A stretch of 64,000 nucleotides of DNA. Origin: an uncultured Clostridia bacterium (GTDB lineage Bacteria; Bacillota; Clostridia; Oscillospirales; SIG627). Made by a program: the position numbers and the translations under genes. The stretch's first letter is position 1. Each line of letters opens with the position of its first letter. Location: contig CANQBV010000001.1 of assembly GCA_947589595.1 (NCBI GenBank), positions 67,223 to 131,222 on the forward strand, written 5' to 3'. Positions 60,553 to 64,000 of the stretch are shown one piece after another. The notes under the pieces were generated by a model. It saw nothing but the letters and a program-made list of their open reading frames with translations. It searched no databases and was not told the origin of the DNA.

Positions 60553-61955
60553 TAAAATTTTTCTTTTCCGTAGGTGCCTTTCAAAAAGATCTTGCGGATC
60601 CCGTTCCAATCAAACGGCAGGAAGGGGTATAAATAGGTTTTCCCGGCAAACGAGCGCGTGGTAAACAGAATGATCGCCCAGGCAAGCGTGCCGCCCAAAA
60701 GCCCCCACAAACCAAAGAATTCCACCAGAAGGATCAGCGACATGCGCATGAATTTAAAGCTATATCCCAATTCGTAATTGGTGGGAACAAAATTGGCGAT
60801 CGCCGTGAAGGACGAATACAAGATCGTCTGCGGAATAAACCAGCCGCTGCTGACCGCAAAATCGCCCAGCAAAAGCCCGCCCACAATGGAAAACGAATTG
60901 GCAAGCGGATCCGGCGTGTTTAAGGAGGCCATTCGCAGCCCGTCCAGCGCCAGTTCAATGATCAGGCACTGCAAATAGAGCGGAACGGCAAAATCCTCGT
61001 GCGAGACTACAAAATTCAGCCCGGTCGGCAAATATTCGCTGTGCTTGGCGACCAACAGCCAGATCGGCACCACAAAAATCGACGCTATGAACACCAGCGC
61101 GCGCACGATCCGCAAATAGCTTGCCGTAATCGGGGGAAAATAATAGTCGTCCGCTTCTTCGAAAAAGTCAAAAATCGATTCCGGCAGCAGCATTGCCGAA
61201 GGGGAATTGTCGCACAGCAAAACAATTTTTCCCTCCAAAAGCGTGGCGCTCACCACATCCGGCCGCTCGGTATAGCGTACGCGGGGAAAGGGATTGGCCA
61301 GCGAAAGGCCTTTTTGCGGAAACAGCAAATTCGCCAGCGTTTCCTGCGCCATTGAGAGGGAAGAAATCTCAGTGGACGATAAGCGTTTTCGCAGGCGATC
61401 TAAAAGCGCTTCGTCCGTTTTTCCCTCCATATAAAGCAGGGCGACTTCGTTTTTCACTTTTTTCCCGACGCTGAAATTTTCCGCACGCAAAAGGGAAGTG
61501 CGCATGTGCCGGCGGATCAGCACCAAATTGGAAACCATGTTTTCGTTAAAACCTTCGTGCGGGCCGCGCAGCGTGCGGTTTTTCTGTGGTTCCTCCACCC
61601 CGCGGGAGGCGAAGCTGCGCAAATCGATGGCGATCCCTTCGGGAAAGGGATCCATCAAAAAAACAACGCTTCCGCGTAAAATCTCGTTGGCAAAATCCGA
61701 GATTTGTGTTACAATCTTGATATCCCCGAAAGGAAGCCGGGCGTCGGCAAATTCCTGCATCGACCCGATCGGGCCGTTTTGTTCCAGAAAAAAGCTGTGT
61801 ACGCGCTGCATAATGTCGGAATCGACATAGCCGTTAATAAAATAATAAACCGCGCGGTGTCCGGCAAAACAAAGATCTCTTGTTTTGATATCAAAAGCCC
61901 GTTCTTTCGCTAAATACGTATCCAGCTCGGCTTTGGTTTCTTCTAGTGCTTTCAT
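60552..61955 (-). CDS. GerA-family spore germination protein (A-subunit/SpoVAF-like), orphan
   Basis: Soluble N-terminal domain plus a C-terminal 4-5 TM bundle, with the overall GerA-family pattern, 467 aa. No GerB- or GerC-type partner is adjacent. Confidence 0.8.
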   Translation of the reverse strand: MKALEETKAELDTYLAKERAFDIKTRDLCFAGHRAVYYFINGYVDSDIMQRVHSFFLEQNGPIGSMQEFADARLPFGDIKIVTQISDFANEILRGSVVFLMDPFPEGIAIDLRSFASRGVEEPQKNRTLRGPHEGFNENMVSNLVLIRRHMRTSLLRAENFSVGKKVKNEVALLYMEGKTDEALLDRLRKRLSSTEISSLSMAQETLANLLFPQKGLSLANPFPRVRYTERPDVVSATLLEGKIVLLCDNSPSAMLLPESIFDFFEEADDYYFPPITASYLRIVRALVFIASIFVVPIWLLVAKHSEYLPTGLNFVVSHEDFAVPLYLQCLIIELALDGLRMASLNTPDPLANSFSIVGGLLLGDFAVSSGWFIPQTILYSSFTAIANFVPTNYELGYSFKFMRMSLILLVEFFGLWGLLGGTLAWAIILFTTRSFAGKTYLYPFLPFDWNGIRKIFLKGTYGKEKF

Positions 61956-62054
61956 TTTGTTATCGATCCTTTCGGGTGTTCTTTCAGGTGTTTATTTTTA
62001 CCAAAAAGGGCAAAGGATATTCTTTGGTCAGATCCGTTTGAAAGGAGCGCACAT

Positions 62055-63884
62055 ATGCTCAAAAAAGTTTTCCGGAAAGGCGCCGTTTTTTTGCTGGCTG
62101 TCCTCCTGCTGCTCACCGCGGTGCCCGTGGTCTCTGTTTTCGCGGCGCGAACCACGGTTCTCGATCCGGACTGCGATTCGTTTGAAAACCGGGAGGAGGG
62201 AATTTTCTGGGAGAAGGCCACTTCCACGCTCACGCTGGAAAACGCAGTGATTGAAGTTTCTTCCGGCGATGCCGTTCGCTTTCCCGCCGGCGGGACAATC
62301 GTTCTGAAAGGGGAAAACCATATCAAAGGCGCCATTGTTGCCGGAGGCGCTTTGCAGATCACGGGTACCGGCAGTCTCGTTGCCGAGGACAGCGGCGCCG
62401 TGTTCCATGCAAGCGCTGTCTCCGCCCCTGACTTTCGTATTTTCAATCGCTCCGGGCAGGAGATCCCAAGCGTCGGGGACGAATCGTATTTGCAGTTTCG
62501 CCCGAAAACCTTTACCGTCACGCTTACCGCTTTGACCGGCGGCAACTGCAATTTTACCGAAAAAACCTTCGTTGTCGGAGAACGCGTGGAAATTGCGGCA
62601 ACGGCCGAACCCGGCTATCAATTTTCCGGCTGGGTTTGTACCACCAATAATCTGAACGTGGAAAGCGGCGCTTCGGAGCTGTCCTTTACCATGCCTGCGG
62701 AGGATGTGGCGCTTACGGCGCAGTTTACCCCGGCTTCCTCCGCTCACAGCGTTACGGTGGAGCTTTCGGAAATTTACGGCGGCAGGGTCACGCTTTCTCA
62801 CAAAACCGCTAAAGCGGGCGAAATCGTCAGCGTGACGATCGTGGTCTCAGACGGTTATACCTTCAACGGTTGGGGCACTACCGATATTGAACTGGAAGAT
62901 AAAACGCTCGAACACATTGAATTTGTCATGCCCGACCGCGACGTGACTCTGGCGGCGCAGCTGACAGCCAATATTTATCACTTTACCGTGAAAGCCGGAG
63001 ACGGCGGCAACGTTCGCATCCAGGGACGGGAACCAAACGAGCGCAAGGAATATGAATTCCGGGTCGGAGAAGAGATCGAGATCGTAGCGCTCCCCGCCGA
63101 GGGCTTTGTTTTCGGCGGTTGGTCTGCCACCGGCGGCGCCGATTTTTTGGATTTCGGTTCCGAGGTCACCATGGTGATCTGCCCCGCATCTAATTTTACC
63201 CTTACGGCGCAGTTTGCTTCTTCTATTAAAGAATTGACCCTCGCCGCCACCGAAGGCGGCACAATAACCCCCGCTCCCGGCAAGACAAAATACGGGGTGG
63301 ATTCTATTTTGGATCTGACTGCCGTGCCGGATGACGGTTGGTCTTTTTCCCGGTGGGAATGCTCTTCCCCAAAGGGAAGCTTCAGCGATTCCACCTCGCC
63401 TGAAACCACCTTTACCATGCCCGATGAAGACTGCACGGTGACCGCCGTGTTCGTTAAAAGCGGATATCGGCTTACGGTAAAGGCCGGCACCGGCGGCAGC
63501 GTCATGGCAGAAAACGGCAGCTATGAAATGGGAACGGTCATCCCCTTGCGCGCCGAGGCCGAAGCCGGCTATCGTTTCCTGCGTTGGGAAGCTGACGTGG
63601 AGGGAATTCTGGCGGATCCGAACGCGGCGGAAACCACCCTCACCATGCCCTCCTCCAGCTGCACCGTCAACGCGGTATTTGCTTTGGAATCGCTGATTTC
63701 CGATCTGAATCGCACCGACGGCGAGGAGGACGACGCCACCGAAGGCTTCCCCTGGCTGGCGCTGGTCGTGATCTTTCTGATCTCCGTTTTCATTCTTACA
63801 CTCATTATCGTTCGTGAACGCTATAATCTTTCCTACTGGTACCTGACCAGGCGCTTCTTCCGAAAGCTTTTCCATAAAATGTAA
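62055..63884 (+). CDS. Secreted, C-terminally membrane-anchored surface protein with five InlB B-repeat-like (Listeria-Bacteroides repeat) domains
   Basis: Signal peptide MLKKVFRKGAVFLLAVLLLLTAVPVVSVFA. Five ~75-aa repeats each contain G(Y/F)xFxGW and end in TMP..D..(L/V)TAxF. A C-terminal TM helix (WLALVVIFLISVFILTLIIV) is followed by a basic tail. No LPXTG motif. Confidence 0.85.
   Translation: MLKKVFRKGAVFLLAVLLLLTAVPVVSVFAARTTVLDPDCDSFENREEGIFWEKATSTLTLENAVIEVSSGDAVRFPAGGTIVLKGENHIKGAIVAGGALQITGTGSLVAEDSGAVFHASAVSAPDFRIFNRSGQEIPSVGDESYLQFRPKTFTVTLTALTGGNCNFTEKTFVVGERVEIAATAEPGYQFSGWVCTTNNLNVESGASELSFTMPAEDVALTAQFTPASSAHSVTVELSEIYGGRVTLSHKTAKAGEIVSVTIVVSDGYTFNGWGTTDIELEDKTLEHIEFVMPDRDVTLAAQLTANIYHFTVKAGDGGNVRIQGREPNERKEYEFRVGEEIEIVALPAEGFVFGGWSATGGADFLDFGSEVTMVICPASNFTLTAQFASSIKELTLAATEGGTITPAPGKTKYGVDSILDLTAVPDDGWSFSRWECSSPKGSFSDSTSPETTFTMPDEDCTVTAVFVKSGYRLTVKAGTGGSVMAENGSYEMGTVIPLRAEAEAGYRFLRWEADVEGILADPNAAETTLTMPSSSCTVNAVFALESLISDLNRTDGEEDDATEGFPWLALVVIFLISVFILTLIIVRERYNLSYWYLTRRFFRKLFHKM
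62508..63680 (+). repeat. Five tandem protein-level repeats (about 72-79 aa each) inside the surface protein gene
   Basis: Repeat starts fall near aa 152, 232, 309, 393 and 471. The shared pattern is FTVT/YxxTV..(A/T)GxGG......G..V.(I/L).A.(P/A).GY.F.GW......(F/L)(T/V)MP..(D/S)..(L/V)(T/N)A.F. Confidence 0.85.
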
Positions 63885-63888
63885 ACAA

Positions 63889-63926
63889 AAGAATCGGTAA
63901 GGATTTTTCCTTGCCGATTCTTTTAT
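63889..63926 (+). terminator. Rho-independent terminator of the surface protein gene
   Basis: Stem AAGAATCGGTAAGG (63889-63902) / CCTTGCCGATTCTT (63909-63922) with one G-U pair and a 6-nt loop, followed by a T-rich tract. Confidence 0.85.
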
Positions 63927-63968
63927 GTCTTTTTATAAAAAATCTTCTTGAAAAAGTTGCAAAACCCC

Positions 63969-63997
63969 TTGCATTTTCGTTTTCTTTATGATACAAT
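63969..63997 (+). promoter_or_regulatory. Candidate sigma-A promoter for a gene beyond the right window edge
   Basis: TTGCAT (63969-63974), 17-nt spacer, TGaTACAAT extended -10 (63989-63997). Confidence 0.6.
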
Positions 63998-64000
63998 ACC

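Overview
This window looks like ordinary core chromosome from a moderately GC-rich Firmicute. The gene content and order resemble Clostridia, possibly Oscillospiraceae/Ruminococcaceae, but that taxon is only a guess from the proteins. I support about 60 protein-coding genes, tightly packed and often translationally coupled. In order: (1) the F1Fo ATP synthase operon atpB(partial)-E-F-H-A-G-D-C, nt 1-5625. (2) A small minus-strand redox block with an SDR epimerase, a Zn-alcohol dehydrogenase and an iron-sulfur flavoprotein, 5.8-8.8 kb. (3) A 37-kb run of plus-strand housekeeping genes: tmk-like, DJ-1, CPBP protease, mltG, rmuC, smpB, lepA, hemW, DUF1385-prmC, recA-prs-recX, rimO, pgsA, cysS, AI-2E permease, cinA, ptsH, uvrC, rsmD, coaD, then the dcw cluster mraZ-rsmH-ftsL-pbp-murE-murF-mraY-ftsW-murG-ftsQ-ftsZ and a lone GT14 glycosyltransferase. 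(4) The conserved Firmicute minus-strand block yicC-remA-gmk-rpoZ-priA-def-fmt-rsmB-rlmN-stp-prkC-rsgA, 46-57.5 kb. (5) plsC, an ispH::S1 fusion, an orphan GerA-family gene, and a secreted multi-repeat surface protein. I could read several near-consensus sigma-A promoters and rho-independent terminators directly. I saw no rRNA, tRNA or tmRNA genes, no CRISPR array, and no transposase, integrase, phage or defence-type genes. I do not see a convincing previously undescribed multi-gene system here. The items most worth a second look are these: a delta (OSCP) subunit reduced to a 73-aa C-terminal stub, paired with an atypical c subunit; a perfect 11-bp inverted repeat bracketing the ADH/epimerase promoter; a recA promoter with no Cheo/SOS box but an AAAATCA repeat set; a dcw cluster lacking murD, murB and ftsA, with a GT14 enzyme after ftsZ; an orphan GerA-family gene next to a five-repeat surface protein; and a 37-codon basic ORF in the atp operon tail. 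The many long antisense ORFs in the track, up to 710 aa, are explained as codon-aligned shadow ORFs and are rejected as genes.
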